Part shown: one piece after another, positions 27,086-39,680 of the stretch | Numbering within the stretch: the stretch's first letter is position 1 | Layout: each line of letters starts with the position of its first letter | Assembly: GCF_009914755.1 (NCBI RefSeq) | Contig: NC_060942.1 | DNA from: the human T2T-CHM13v2.0 reference genome, Homo sapiens | DNA length: 64,000 nt | Strand: one strand, 5' to 3' | The notes under the pieces: model-generated | Database searches by the model: none | What the model was told of the DNA's origin: nothing | Seen by the model: only the letters and a program-made list of their open reading frames with translations | Program-made: the position numbers and the translations under genes

Positions 27086-28339
27086 TGTTGTCTCTTGGCT
27101 TCTACCTTTGGCTCACTACATCATACACAGCAGAACAGACAGGGTTACCCTGTGAACATTTACACGAGGTCCCAGCATTTCCTCATTCAGAACCCTCCAA
27201 TGACTTCCCACCTCAGTCAAAATAAGCATCAAAGCCCTTCCAATGCCCTAAAGACATCATACAATCTGTGCCCCCATTTTATCTCCCAGCCCACATCCTG
27301 TAATTCTCATCCTATTTCATTCTGCTCCTGACACACTGCCTCGTGTCAGCCTCAGGCCTACCTGCTTACTTTCTTTTTGCCCACAATGCTCCTTCCCCTC
27401 ATATTGCCTCACAGTGCAATATGCACCCTCTTTTAGGTCTTTGCTCAACTGTCACTTTCTTTGTGAGGCCGTCCCTGAGCTCCCTTTTCAAAACTACAAT
27501 CCTCTCCCAGATACAGTCTCTATCCCCCTTCCCTGATTTTTCTCCATAGGACTCACTACCATGTCATACACCGTCTGTTTGTTTATGTATTATTATTACC
27601 CCTTGCCTACTTCCCTACACTAAAATGTAAGCTCCATGACACAGGGATTTGTGTCAGTTTTATTATTTGCTCCAGCCCAGGTGCCTGGAACAGAGTGCTG
27701 GCACAGGTGCTGGCACAGAGTGAGTACTCTGAATTATGTATTGAATGAATGAATGAATGAATGAATGACGGAAATGTCCTCTCCAATCTCTCCTGGCCAT
27801 TTCTGACAGTTCCTAACTGTAACTCTGCAGAAGTCCCTGGGCTGCTTTTTCTTCTCTGCTGCCTGATAGTGGATCCATAGATTCTCAGGAAACCCAGGCC
27901 TGTCCACTGCGATGGCTGCCATGTTCTTTCATATACTCAGCATGCAGTAATTGTAGGCATAGCATACTTACCGTAATAGCTGCATTTACTGGGTGTTAAG
28001 TCTGCCCTAAGTGCTGCATTAGGCTTTATATATATTTTCTGTTTTAATTTGAGCCTCACAACCCAGGAACAAAAGTAGCAAGGTTTGGTTTCTTGCTCGT
28101 GTGATCCTTTCTTATTTCTGATTGTGACTTCATGATTACCATATTATCTAGTAGCTTCCAGTTAAGCCACAGTGGCCTTTTCCTCCTGACTTTTTTGAAT
28201 TCTACCCTTCTCGACTGCACTGGCCACCTCTCTGGAGTGGGCGATTGGAAACAATAAGACCAGAGATAAAGAGTCTAGAAGGATCATTTGGTCATATTGG
28301 TTGATGCTATGTTTAGGGACATAGCCACAATAATTGTAT

Positions 28340-28545
28340 GTATGTATTAAGCACATACTAAGAGTTAGAGACTGTGCTAAGAACTATTATCTTATATTCA
28401 AATGCTATTCCTATGTCAGTGAAGGAAGTGAGGCTTAAGAAGGTAAAACAATTGGCTGAAGGGCATACAACTGAGTAGTAAATACTGGTTTTAGGATTTA
28501 GACCCTGGTCATTCAAACTCAGAGCCTTTGATCATAAGCATCATG
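28340..28545 (-). mobile_element. MIR
   Basis: gaaggaagtgaggcttaagaaggtaaaacaattggctgaagggcatacaactgagt...aactcagagcctttg. Confidence 0.65.
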
Positions 28546-29926
28546 GTCTTAGGTGGAGGTAACTGTGGGAGGATTAACTGGACTGGCATTTTTCAAATGC
28601 ACACTCTGTTCCAGTCACTGTACTAGGTGCTGAGGATGTAACAAAAACAGAGGAAGGACAGATTCTTTTCTCATTAAGCCTGCAGTCCAGACCAGCTGGA
28701 AGATATTCATTATATAATCATAAGTAGAGATATATACGTTGATCACCTACATTTTTAAGTGTTTTAATAGCTATAAATATGAGTCATTAGAAGCCTTGGA
28801 CATCTAAAGCCTTTGGAAGAGTGCCTGACAATCCTTCAGTATTGTAGTCTTTATAGCGTCCCTTCACAGTAGCCATTCAGGCTTGTGTAGTGGGTCCTCT
28901 TCAGCCTCATACCTTTAATTTCTATTACATGATTAACATTTCATTGGTAACTTTGTATTTTTATGTATATGTGTTTGGTTTGCTTCACCATACTATATTA
29001 TCAGTCTATTGAGTGCAAGGATGTTCTATTTATTTCCATATTCCCCTAAGATTCTTAGTTGTTTTATCTTCAAATAGAATGTTCTCAGTATATGCTTACA
29101 AATTCATCCTAGTTCGGGAAACACTTTCTTATATATACTCCTTTTGAATGGGAAGATGAAAGTATCAGTGGGTAATTTATCAAAAGGCATGTAGCTGGGG
29201 GTGGAATCAGAACACCCAAACATCAGTGCTTAGGATATAAAGTATGTGGTTTAGTTCCCTGCATCCTTAAGAAATATATTCAGATGTCAGCAGTAGATAA
29301 ATGTTAACAGAATAGGTGTAACTAAGCTCTTTGTATAAAGAGCTGTGTTTTAGAAAATTAGGCAAGCATATTCATTAGGTACTAAGGATTGGTGACTTTC
29401 CCATCAGATCTGCAGTGAGGATAGGGAGCAACGCAAAGCGGTGATTTTAAAATTTGCAATTATCTACTTTACACATTCAACAGGTGAAAATGCAGGTTCC
29501 CCAGCATCAGAAGGTGCTCAGATCTGTACTGGCATTTCTGAAACTTTGAATGCAAAACATTCCTTTCAACTTGAGTTTGAAAGAGTAGGCAGCGAGAAAT
29601 CACAGGGAGACTTTCTGCAGGCAGTTGGTACTACCTGTTTTGTTTTGTTGGTTTTTTTTTTCTCCCCATGGGAAATTTCATTTATTATACTTACATTTGC
29701 CATGTAAAGCGACTTTTTCCTGGAGCAACAGAAAACCTGCCTGTGCCATAGCTGACATTTTTGGAGAGCACCATGATAGAAGGAGACTAATATCTTTATT
29801 GGTTATCTCTCCTTCCTTAATCAGTTTAGGTAGATATATAGAAATAGGTAGTTTTTCAAAAGAGTCTCAGACCAAAGATATTTGGTCTGAGCATTAATTT
29901 GACAGCAAGATATTATTCTTTAGGGC

Positions 29927-30038
29927 TAGGTTGAACAATTGTCCCAGTTTTCCTAGGACATAGAGATGTTCTGGGACTGCCAGAGCTCTAAATTAACTAG
30001 GGAAGTGATGGGTATGTCAGAAAAAGCTGGTCATGCTA
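29927..30038 (+). mobile_element. MER81 hAT-Blackjack MITE
   Basis: taggttgaacaattgtcccagttttcctaggaca...agctggtcatgcta is colinear with MER81. Confidence 0.6.
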
Positions 30039-31109
30039 TTTAGGTAGCTCTTCTAAGCTTTTAATAACTTCATCCTACAAATTAGGAGGGACCACCCGCC
30101 TAGTAAAGTACTAGAAATTGCTAAATATTTAGAATTAACCTGCCTCTGAGGGGCAATGTATTCTCCAAAAGTTGGCGATGAGGTGGAGGTTACCAAAGAT
30201 TGGGGAACTGGTATAAGTGACTCTCAGCCAAAGAATACATATTTATCTGTTGCTGACTTTTTTTCTCCCCGTTTCTCTTGGGTAAATTTCCCCTTCAGGC
30301 ATCAGAGCTGAAAGAACAGTGTCACAGCAAGTGTGCTCAGCTCACCATGGACCTTTATTTCCTGAGTCTCACAGTTATTATAGGCACAATAGCCACCTCA
30401 TGCCACTGAATGCCTAAAGTTTTGTGGAGATGCCCTCAGGGACTTGGACTTGGGCTTCACAATAGATCCCCAAAGAGGCTGCGGCCCTTTGTCCCGACAA
30501 AGGAGCATCTGTTGAAGGCATTTTGCTTGAAGTCATTCAATTCAGTCCTAGACCGCTAGCCTGGATCCTTTAAAAAGCCAGCTCCATTGTTCAAGGCATT
30601 TCTTGAAGGAGGAGTACACACGTTCTCTAACTTCCCTCCTCTAACTTCCCTCGTTTAGTTAATGCTGAAAATGTCTGGCCTAGGGTCTGTCACTATAAGA
30701 TGGGTCACAATAACAAGAGAAACCTTATCTCTAACTTAAATTTGTATAGCTCTTCCTGGCTTTCTCTGTACTTGTCACAAAAGTTATTTCTTCTAATTCT
30801 TATCCAGATATAGGGAAAACAGCAATGATTATACATCGTGCTCATTTTATAAATGATAAAATGTGCTTATTTCTCCAAGTCCATATGAGCTGGGTTATGA
30901 CAAAAATTAGTTCAATGCTGGTTGATAAATTGCATTACCAGAATGGATTATTGAATTGTGTTTTCTTACTATTTGATATTCAGGTGGTTTCATAGTTGAA
31001 GTCAATAAAAAATAGCGTTTGAGAAGGCAGATGTGTGGCTTGTTGCAAGTCTCTCAGCTCCAAGCCCTTTAAAGAACAATACTGCTTTATAGACGTTTTG
31101 TCTGGTCTA

Positions 31110-31425
31110 GTTCCATGCTCCTCAAAAAGGGATATGCGGCAGGGGGCCACGAAGACACTGGAAAATATGTCCATGGTGGGTCTAACATAAAAATAGTGGC
31201 GTTTTCTAATAACAGCATTATTTTTATGTTAAATCAACGAAGTACAGCTATGAAATAAAATGAAAGTTCACATAACATCATAATGTAGCATGGGAAACTC
31301 GAAAAACATTTAGCCTTATAGGGGCCTCTCTGCTTGCCCATTCTACTTTGTTGTTTGGAGGTGGGTACTACTTCAGGGGATATTTTTTGGAGGATACTTT
31401 AAAGGAACAGTTGAAGAATCATTGG
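31110..31425. mobile_element. Probable old hAT-Charlie DNA transposon
   Basis: Ends ccatgctcctcaaa and ttgaagaatcattg resemble Charlie TIRs, each next to a tctag target-like site. Confidence 0.3.
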
Positions 31426-31687
31426 TTCTAGTCTAATTCTGCCTCTTCCACATGAATGCCACATTCTATACCTCTCAAAAGATTTGCTGACCTTGACTGA
31501 GCTCATAGTATTTATCTTGTCTGTAATAGCAATATTGGCTATTCGACCAAAATAAAAGAATTCAGTGATGACTTTTCTTCTTTATAGCTTAGGCTGAAAT
31601 GAGACTACATGTAATTTTCTGCAGGTTTCAAATTAGAACACACTGCATAGCTAGCCTTTTGAGTTTCCATGATAAAAAGAAAATGTA

Positions 31688-31892
31688 TCTAATGTTTACT
31701 GAATGCTCACTCTATGCCAAACACTTAGCTAAGCATTTCATATACACTTGTTACAACTGCTATAATTTGCCTTTATTATTATCTAAATTTTGAAGATGAG
31801 CAAATCATAACCAACTTGCCCAAGCTTACACAGGTTGTCAATGGCAGAACCCGGATTTCAAATCTAGGTAGCCTGAGTTTGAGCCCATGTTC
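31688..31892 (-). mobile_element. MIR
   Basis: aatgtttactgaatgctcactctatgccaaacac...aacttgcccaagcttacacag...ggatttcaaatctagg. Confidence 0.8.
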
Positions 31893-31932
31893 CAAATCAC
31901 TCTTTGTGTGGTTCTTCTTGCTGTAAAAGTGG

Positions 31933-32867
31933 TTTTTTTTAAAAAAAATATATATATATATTTTAAGTTCTGGGATACATGTGCGGAATGTGCAGGTTTG
32001 TTGTATAGTATACATGTGCCATGGTGGTTTGTGGCACCCATCAACCTGTCATCTACATTAGATATTTCTCCTAATGCTATCCCTCCCCTAGTCCCCCACC
32101 CCCCGACAGGCCCTGGTGTGTGATGTTCCTCTCCCTGTGTCCATGTGTTCTCATTGTTCAACTCCCACTTATGAGTGAGAACATGTGGTGTTTGGTTTTC
32201 TGTTCCTGTGTTAGTTTGCTGAGAATGAATTTTTCCAGCTTCATCCATGTCCCTGCAAAGGACACGAACTCATCCTTTTTTATGGCTGCATAGTATTCCA
32301 TGGTGTATATGTGTCATATTTTCTTAATCCAGTCTATCATTGATGGACATTTGGGTTGATTCGAAGTCTTTGCTATTTTGAACAGTGCTGCAATAAACAT
32401 ATCTGTGCATGTGTTCTTATAGTAGAATGATTTATAATCCTTTGGGTATATACCCAATAGTGGGATTGCTGGGTCAAATGGTATTTCTGGTTCTAGATCC
32501 TTGAGGAATCACCACACTGTCTTCCACAATGGTTGAAATAATTTACATTCCCACCAACAGCGTAAAATCGTTCCTGTTTCTCAACATCCTCTCCAGCATC
32601 TGTTGTTTACTAACTTTTTAATAATCTTCATTCTAACTGGCATGAGATGGTATCTCATTGGGGGTTTGATTTGCATTTCTGTAATGACTAGTGATGATGA
32701 GCTTTTTTTCATATGTTTGTTGGCCGCATAAATGTCTTCTTTTGAGAAGTGTCTGTTCAGACCCTTTGCCCACTTTATGATGGGACTGTTTTCTTTTTTC
32801 TTGTAAATTTGTTTAAGTTCCTTGTAGATTCTGGATATTTGTCCTTTGTCAGATGGATAGATTGCAA
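31933..32867 (-). mobile_element. L1PA7-like 5'-truncated L1 (ORF2 C-terminal part plus 3' UTR)
   Basis: ttttaagttctgggatacatgtgc...ctaatgctatccctcccctagtcccccacccc...; ORF2 end is disrupted. Confidence 0.95.
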
Positions 32868-32964
32868 CAGTTCCTATAGAGCAGTGTTTGAATGATGAGC
32901 CCTATTACTCTGATGGACATTTTATGTGCATATACATTCACCATAAATCAACTAAGTAATAGTT

Positions 32965-33140
32965 ATGTTCATTCATTCAAAGGTTTTAGAGCCCTAACTA
33001 TGTGCCAGGTTGCAGGGGTACAGATATGAGGAAGAAAAGCTCTCTTATAGCAGCTCGTAGTCTAGTGGTACAGATGGACATATAATCAAAATATGAAACA
33101 ATCAAATAATGTCAAGATAAAACAGAATACAGAGCAGGAA
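32965..33140 (-). mobile_element. L2 3' end fragment
   Basis: ttcattcattcaaagg...ctatgtgccagg...agctcgtagtctagtgg. Confidence 0.6.
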
Positions 33141-33877
33141 TACTTTACCACATGGACTTAGAATTTATATGGGGAAGCGAGATGATGTAGTAACCACAAA
33201 AAATTGTCCATCGAAAAAGATTGATGTTGGTAGAGCACAAGGAGCAGAGACAAAGATGAAAGTATGATAAGTTCCAAGTGAATCTTTCAAACTCATTAGA
33301 TAATTTTGCAGGGCTCTTTGGAAACATTTAATTGCTAATTCTTATTAGTTTCTGAAATCAATTTCATTGGCCAACCTCATCCCATGCCTCCAAGCAAAAC
33401 TTCAAATTAATGGTAGCATTTGTTTCTCATTAATTTATTTGGTTTTCTTAATGGCCAATTTGAAGGCTTATTAATAGTTAATATGTTTAGCAATGTAAAC
33501 ATTTGCATTAATAAAACAGATGTAAAATTACTGCCCCAGCCAACCACTGCCATGCTAAACAGCCAGGAGACATAAACACTAGTAGAGTTGAATTGAGCTT
33601 ATCCTCAGAGGACGAATAATGTCCTTCCAGATTGTCTGATTCTCACATGATTGCTGTCTACACATCTATTTCAAAACTCATAAGAGATGTTGCAACACTA
33701 AATTTGTGTTAGTTTTTTTTTCTTAAGATATAATTTTAAAAGTAAAGTGTGTTCTTGTCTAACTGCTCCTCTCCTTATTTCAGGAATAGACATACAACCA
33801 CAAGTAGTCTATGACTGTCTTATGTTTACCTTTGGACCACTGACATTTTTGTAAACTGACAACAATAAGCTAACTAA

Positions 33878-34260
<383 letters not shown>

Positions 34261-34543
34261 TGGAAAACAATTTTCAAGCTATCTCCTAATGGTGTTGCTA
34301 TTAGCCAACAGTTTATTTTAGACAATATAACCATCTTAGCCTATAGAGAGGCATTTATATATATGTTTGAATATTTGAATATACTTATTTTATAAGAATG
34401 AGTGGAAAATGGGAGGCTAATACTTATACTAATGATAAAAAAGAAATACAGTCTAATAAACATTGATAATCACAGAAATAATTACATTTTACAAAAATTG
34501 TAAAATTTTAGCTTTAATTGGGTGCCCACCTGACTTAGGTTGG

Positions 34544-34953
34544 TATATTAATCAGGATATACTAATTGTTGTAACAAACACAATCTCAATAAGGCTTTTT
34601 AATTGCTCATATTACAGTAAAATGTGAGTCAGTAAGTATCTCTCTTTGTTCCATCTAGTGATTTAGAGATCCAGGCATCCTTCTCCTAGTGGCCCTGCAT
34701 TACTGGGACCTCACAGTCCTCTAGCAAATCCCCTGCCTCCAGCTGCCAGATGAAGAGTAAAACACCAGTTGGAGGAAGGAGAGCATACAGATTTGAGGAG
34801 AAAGGCCTGGAAGTGGCATACATCACATTTGATCATATTCTTTGGACAGATTTTACTCACATGGCAGAAGTGCCTAGGAAGCAGAGCTTGGTCTTATGCT
34901 CAAGAGAGAAAACACATGGGATTTGTTGATTATAGGACATTGCCTCTGGCACA
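34544..34953 (-). mobile_element. Old MLT1 (MLT1J/K-like) MaLR LTR
   Basis: tatattaatcaggatatactaattgttgtaacaaac...ggcctggaagtggcatacatcac...ctctggcaca. Confidence 0.7.
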
Positions 34954-35914
34954 GTCAGTCAAATATGTATTTGATTGTGAAGAAACAGATAAAAAGAATA
35001 TTTAGAAATGTATAAAATGCCGGAAATAGATGGGAAAAATTATCTTTAAAAGGAGAATATAACCAGGGATTTGACAGACTTCGGCACCTTAGGAATAGCC
35101 CTGATTCTCCTCCCACTGCTCCCTGGCTCAGTTAGCTGTAGGTTTATTATGAGCTTATGCAAATATGTACAAAAGAACATTTTTAGTAGGACTGTGAATG
35201 TCTCCCCTTTTGCAGAAGTTGGGTTCCAGAGAATTTAAAGAAGAGATATGCATTGTGAACATTTTCCCTGCAAGACCTAGAATGTACCTGACAGCATTCA
35301 CCTTTCTGGTCCAATATCCTAGATTATTCTGTGTGACTTTCAGATCTCTTGTAACATTGAGGAAGGGATCTGAGTCTTTTCACTTAGTCTGTATACTCTG
35401 GGATCCATCAGATTAGTAGTCATGTCAGAGTAATGCCCACAGAGAGGCAGAAGTGGATTACAGAAGTATGACAGAAAACATTTTATTTGAGGGGTTTCTA
35501 AGAACTCAGCCAATGGATGACTTTCAAATACATAAGTCAGGAACCCCAGTGACTTCCTGTACGAGTGTCCCCTTTTGTTTGCTAAATCCCAACACACAAA
35601 ATAAACATTCCCCAATGGGAAACAAAGTATCACATCTTCTGAGAGGTTTAAAACAATATTAAGCTATGAATCATCTGTTGATCTTTTTAACGCACTTATT
35701 GTCTCTAGAATTAAATGCTGAGGGCAGGGGCTGTAACCTTCAAATCAAATTTTGTGTCACAAACACACTAAACATTAAAGAACTGCCATTTACAGTAACA
35801 GATAGGCATAATCTGCTGTAAGGCACTGAAAAAGAAGAAACTCCACTAATGCTGACCTCGAAGTACTGAGGCAATCCTCAGTCTTCTCCTGGGCAATAGA
35901 TTATGTGAGTTCTA

Positions 35915-36240
<326 letters not shown>

Positions 36241-37509
36241 ACTTACTCTGCTGGCTGATTTCATCTTTGATATGTAAAAGAGAACACGTGCAGACCTTTT
36301 TCATCAGTTTGTATCATTATGGAGGGTTATCACTTATGCTTCAGCATTTTGATTAGACTAAACAAATCATGTAAGAAAGATTACATTCTATCGACTTAGG
36401 TAAATGTAAATGAAAACAACAACAGAAATTATTCTTCTTAAGAAACTTATTTCAGCAGCACCTAACTCTGGGTTATGGTGATAACTTGAAATATATTTCT
36501 AAGCTGAAATCCCGGCATGAGGGACAAAAAATTATATAGAGCTAAAGGAAGTGAACCTGTAGTAAATATATATCAGAGTAATGACGAAGAATGCAGCTTC
36601 CGCTCACAGGTACTTCTAAGTCCTGCAATCAGATAAGCCTTACAGAGGCTTTTAAAATCATGGACAAGACTAATAAAGAATGGCCATTCTCAATGGTTTT
36701 GGAATACTTTGTGTAACCTTGCTGAACCTTGAATTCTCATTATTGTTTCCCTCATAGAGAAATGTTTGATATTCTGTCTTATGTGAAGGGCAGAAAACTG
36801 AAAAGGAGTCTCCAACAATGAAGTCAGTTTTCGCTGCTGAAGAATGACCTCACTGCTTCATGAGGCTGAGAGAAGGGAGGCCGGGATCTTCTTGAAGTCC
36901 TCCAGAAGTTGCACCGAGTGGGGTTACATAAAGTATCCTGGAGTCTTTATTAACTAGATTTTCATCCACACCATTTCCTAATTTCATGCCATGCACCCTG
37001 AGTGCAACTTTGTACAAGAATGGATTTTGAGCAAGGTGTGATAGTCTCACAGGGCTCTTCCAGTCCAGTGAAATGAGTCAAAAGTGAGCTTCCTTTTACC
37101 CTCAATAGACAAAACCTCCTACCACCCTCTCCCCTTCCCCTTACGGTTCCTAGTCCTGGGATCCCCTGTCTCCCCACCAACCCAGCTTCCTTCCCTTTTC
37201 AGGCCCACCATCTGTGTTCACCTGGCTTCTTTTATCCCATCAAAAGCAATTAGTCTTAGCTCCTTTACTGTCAGTGATCTGCTTGGTTGACCAAAGCTAA
37301 TCTGATGGAGGAATATGCAGTGTTACTGTTGGAGTACGTTTGTCTTTGCCATTTATTTCACTAATTCTTATTGCAGACTTACTCTGTGCTATTTTCAACG
37401 GGGTATCAAAATGAATAAGGAATAATTTATTTCCAGAATGCATTTTGTCCTCTAGAACTAAATATATGTTCTCTCTCTGTTAACATATTTGTATTTCCAA
37501 GGCCCTTAA

Positions 37510-37821
37510 GGCCAGCAGCAGTGGCTCACGCCTGCTATCCCAGCTACTCCAGAGGCTGAAGTGGGATAATCACTTGAGACCAGGAGTTCAAAACCAGCTT
37601 GGGCAGCAAAGCAAAACTGTGTCTCTACAAAAAACATTTAAAAATTAGCCGGGTAAGGTGGCATGAGCCTATAGTCCCAGCTACTTGGGAGTCTATGAGG
37701 TGGGAGGATCACTTGAGCTAAGGGGTTTGAGGCTGCAGTCAACTATGATTGTGCCACTGTACTCCAGCCTGGGTGACAGAGCAAGACCCTGCCTCAAAAA
37801 TAAATAAATTAAATTAAATTA
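37510..37821 (+). mobile_element. AluJ (Jo-like)
   Basis: Dimer; gaggctgcagtcaactatgattgtgccactg; TSD aaggcccttaa/aagacccttaa. Confidence 0.93.
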
Positions 37822-38029
37822 AAGACCCTTAATTTCGTAGAGCCTTAAACCAAAGGAACAAAGAGTATTTCAAATTTCAGACAGAGCTAATATTTCTGAA
37901 AATTTTATTTAGAAAAGTTCATTACTGGTAGGCAAACAGGATTTTTGAAAAACACAAAGCTTGTTTTCAAAATCACCTGTTGATTGAAATCCACTCAATG
38001 TTTTCATTATTTTTAGAAGCTGATTTCTG

Positions 38030-38220
38030 CCTGCTCATGGTTTAGTGGAAAGGACACTGAACTAGGAGTCAAAACAGGCAGGCTCTGGTCTCTGCTGCCA
38101 GGTTTGTGGCTGCCAAAGCTCCCAGCCATTCATTCATTCTAAGACCTCACATCTTACAGGAAAAGCAGGACAAAGTGGCCTTCTATGTTGCTTCTCCAGT
38201 TAAAATGCTAGGATTCTAAA
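38030..38220 (+). mobile_element. MIR3-like fragment
   Basis: gtttagtggaaaggacactgaactaggagtcaaaa...atgctaggattcta. Confidence 0.55.
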
Positions 38221-38304
38221 CAATTGTTTGATGACACTGGTCTCTCAAGTCAATTGGCATCTCCAATGATCCATTACCTTCCTCCATTTCTAACTCAATT
38301 TCAC

Positions 38305-38681
38305 TGTATTAATCTGTTTTTATGCTGCTAATAAAAACATACCAGAGACTGGGTAATTTACAAAGGAAAGAGGTTTAATTGACTCAAAGTTCTGCAGGTC
38401 TGGGGAGGCCTCAGGAAACTTACAATCATAGTGGAAGGGGAAGCAAATATGTCCTTTTCACACAGCTGGAGAAAGGAGCAGATTGAGTGCCCAGTGAAGG
38501 GGGAAGCCCCTTATGAAACCATCAGCTCTCGTGAGAACTAACTCACTATCATGAGAACAGGATAGGGGAAACTGCCCCCATGATTCGATTATCTCCACCT
38601 AGTCCCTCCCATAAGACTTGGGGATTATGGGAACTACAATTCAAGATGAGATTTGGGTTGGGACACAGCCAAACCATATTA
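38305..38681 (-). mobile_element. THE1D-like MaLR solo LTR
   Basis: tgtattaatctgtttt...ggggaggcctcaggaaacttacaatc...ggacacagccaaaccatatta; TSD ttcac/gtcac. Confidence 0.92.
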
Positions 38682-39094
38682 GTCACTTTACTTTCCCTCA
38701 AGACCTTTGTTTTATTCCTCAGCAGAGTCATTGATTGTGGCCCTAGACTCAATCCCTCCTATCAGTGACTCTTGAAATGGTGATAATGGAAACTCCACCA
38801 AAGCCCCTTCCACCTTCCTCTTCTGACATCCTCAGGAGCAGCAGTGACCCTGAACTGCACTTATAGGCCACATTTCTTTTTTTTTACTGCTCCTTCTTCC
38901 AGGCAAACTTTAAAAAAAATAAATTTAATCAAGTGATATAATGCTGCTAAAAACTGCAATGTCTCTAAGGTTTTTAAGGATAAATCATATTGAACCCTCA
39001 GAATGGCTGACAACTGAGCCCTTCCTTAAGCTACATTAACAACTTAAGCAGAAAAGAAATCACTTCAACTTTCCATACATAATTGTAACAGACC

Positions 39095-39095
<1 letters not shown>

Positions 39096-39136
<41 letters not shown>
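39096..39136. repeat. (AG)n microsatellite
   Basis: About 20 AG units with one interruption. Confidence 0.95.
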
Positions 39137-39529
39137 AGCAATTCATACACCATTACCACACTGGTTTAAAGGTGGAGGGGAAGTCGGGGGAGTAGGAGGC
39201 TGTCATTGGTGGCGGAGATTTTAGAGGCCTTATAAGACTCATTAAAAGAGGGATAAAGGAAAAGAAAATCCAGGATTCCAAATTAGCCAACTTTTCATGC
39301 TTACCCTCTGCCTTCTCCAAGTCCCATTTGCTGATTTCAAGCCTGTCAGAGGCATCAGTTGAAGGCTTCAAGCTTGAGATAATAATGGATTTAAAATGGC
39401 AGGCTACGTGGTCTTTCTGCCTGGTGATGAAAGCAGAAACTTCTCTCATGGGCTGAACTCACTGAGGTTGTGACTTCATCTGTCCCTGCAACTGCAGGAG
39501 GCCACAGCCTCCATTCTGAACAGTGATTC

Positions 39530-39680
39530 CTGTAGAGTTGCAGGATTTTATAGGTGAGGAAACAGAGGTCTAGAAAAGTAAAGTAAATTTTCCAAGATTA
39601 TAGAACTTGTTAGAGACAGACCCAGGATAAGAATTCAGATCTCTTCCGCTCCATCTGGTTCCTCCTGTATCATAATGGTT
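39530..39680 (-). mobile_element. MIR fragment
   Basis: ttttataggtgaggaaacagaggtctagaaaagtaaagtaaattttccaagatta. Confidence 0.7.

Larger units (their letters stand above)
25000..27768 (+). mobile_element. L2a LINE remnant (RT region to 3' tail), interrupted by Tigger3b and a small palindrome
   Basis: aacctctccatagcatttgatctagctgatcactccctc (LDLSAAFDTVDH-like); ctcaggactcagtcttggacctcttctct (PQGSVLGPLLF-like); ends in (tgaa)n tail. Confidence 0.85.

Noticed and set aside
31933-31964. T8A8(TA)n palindromic run
   Set aside because: Decayed L1 poly(A) tail; low complexity.
31838-32248. 136-aa minus-strand ORF
   Set aside because: Off-frame translation of the L1PA ORF2 end and 3' UTR running into MIR.
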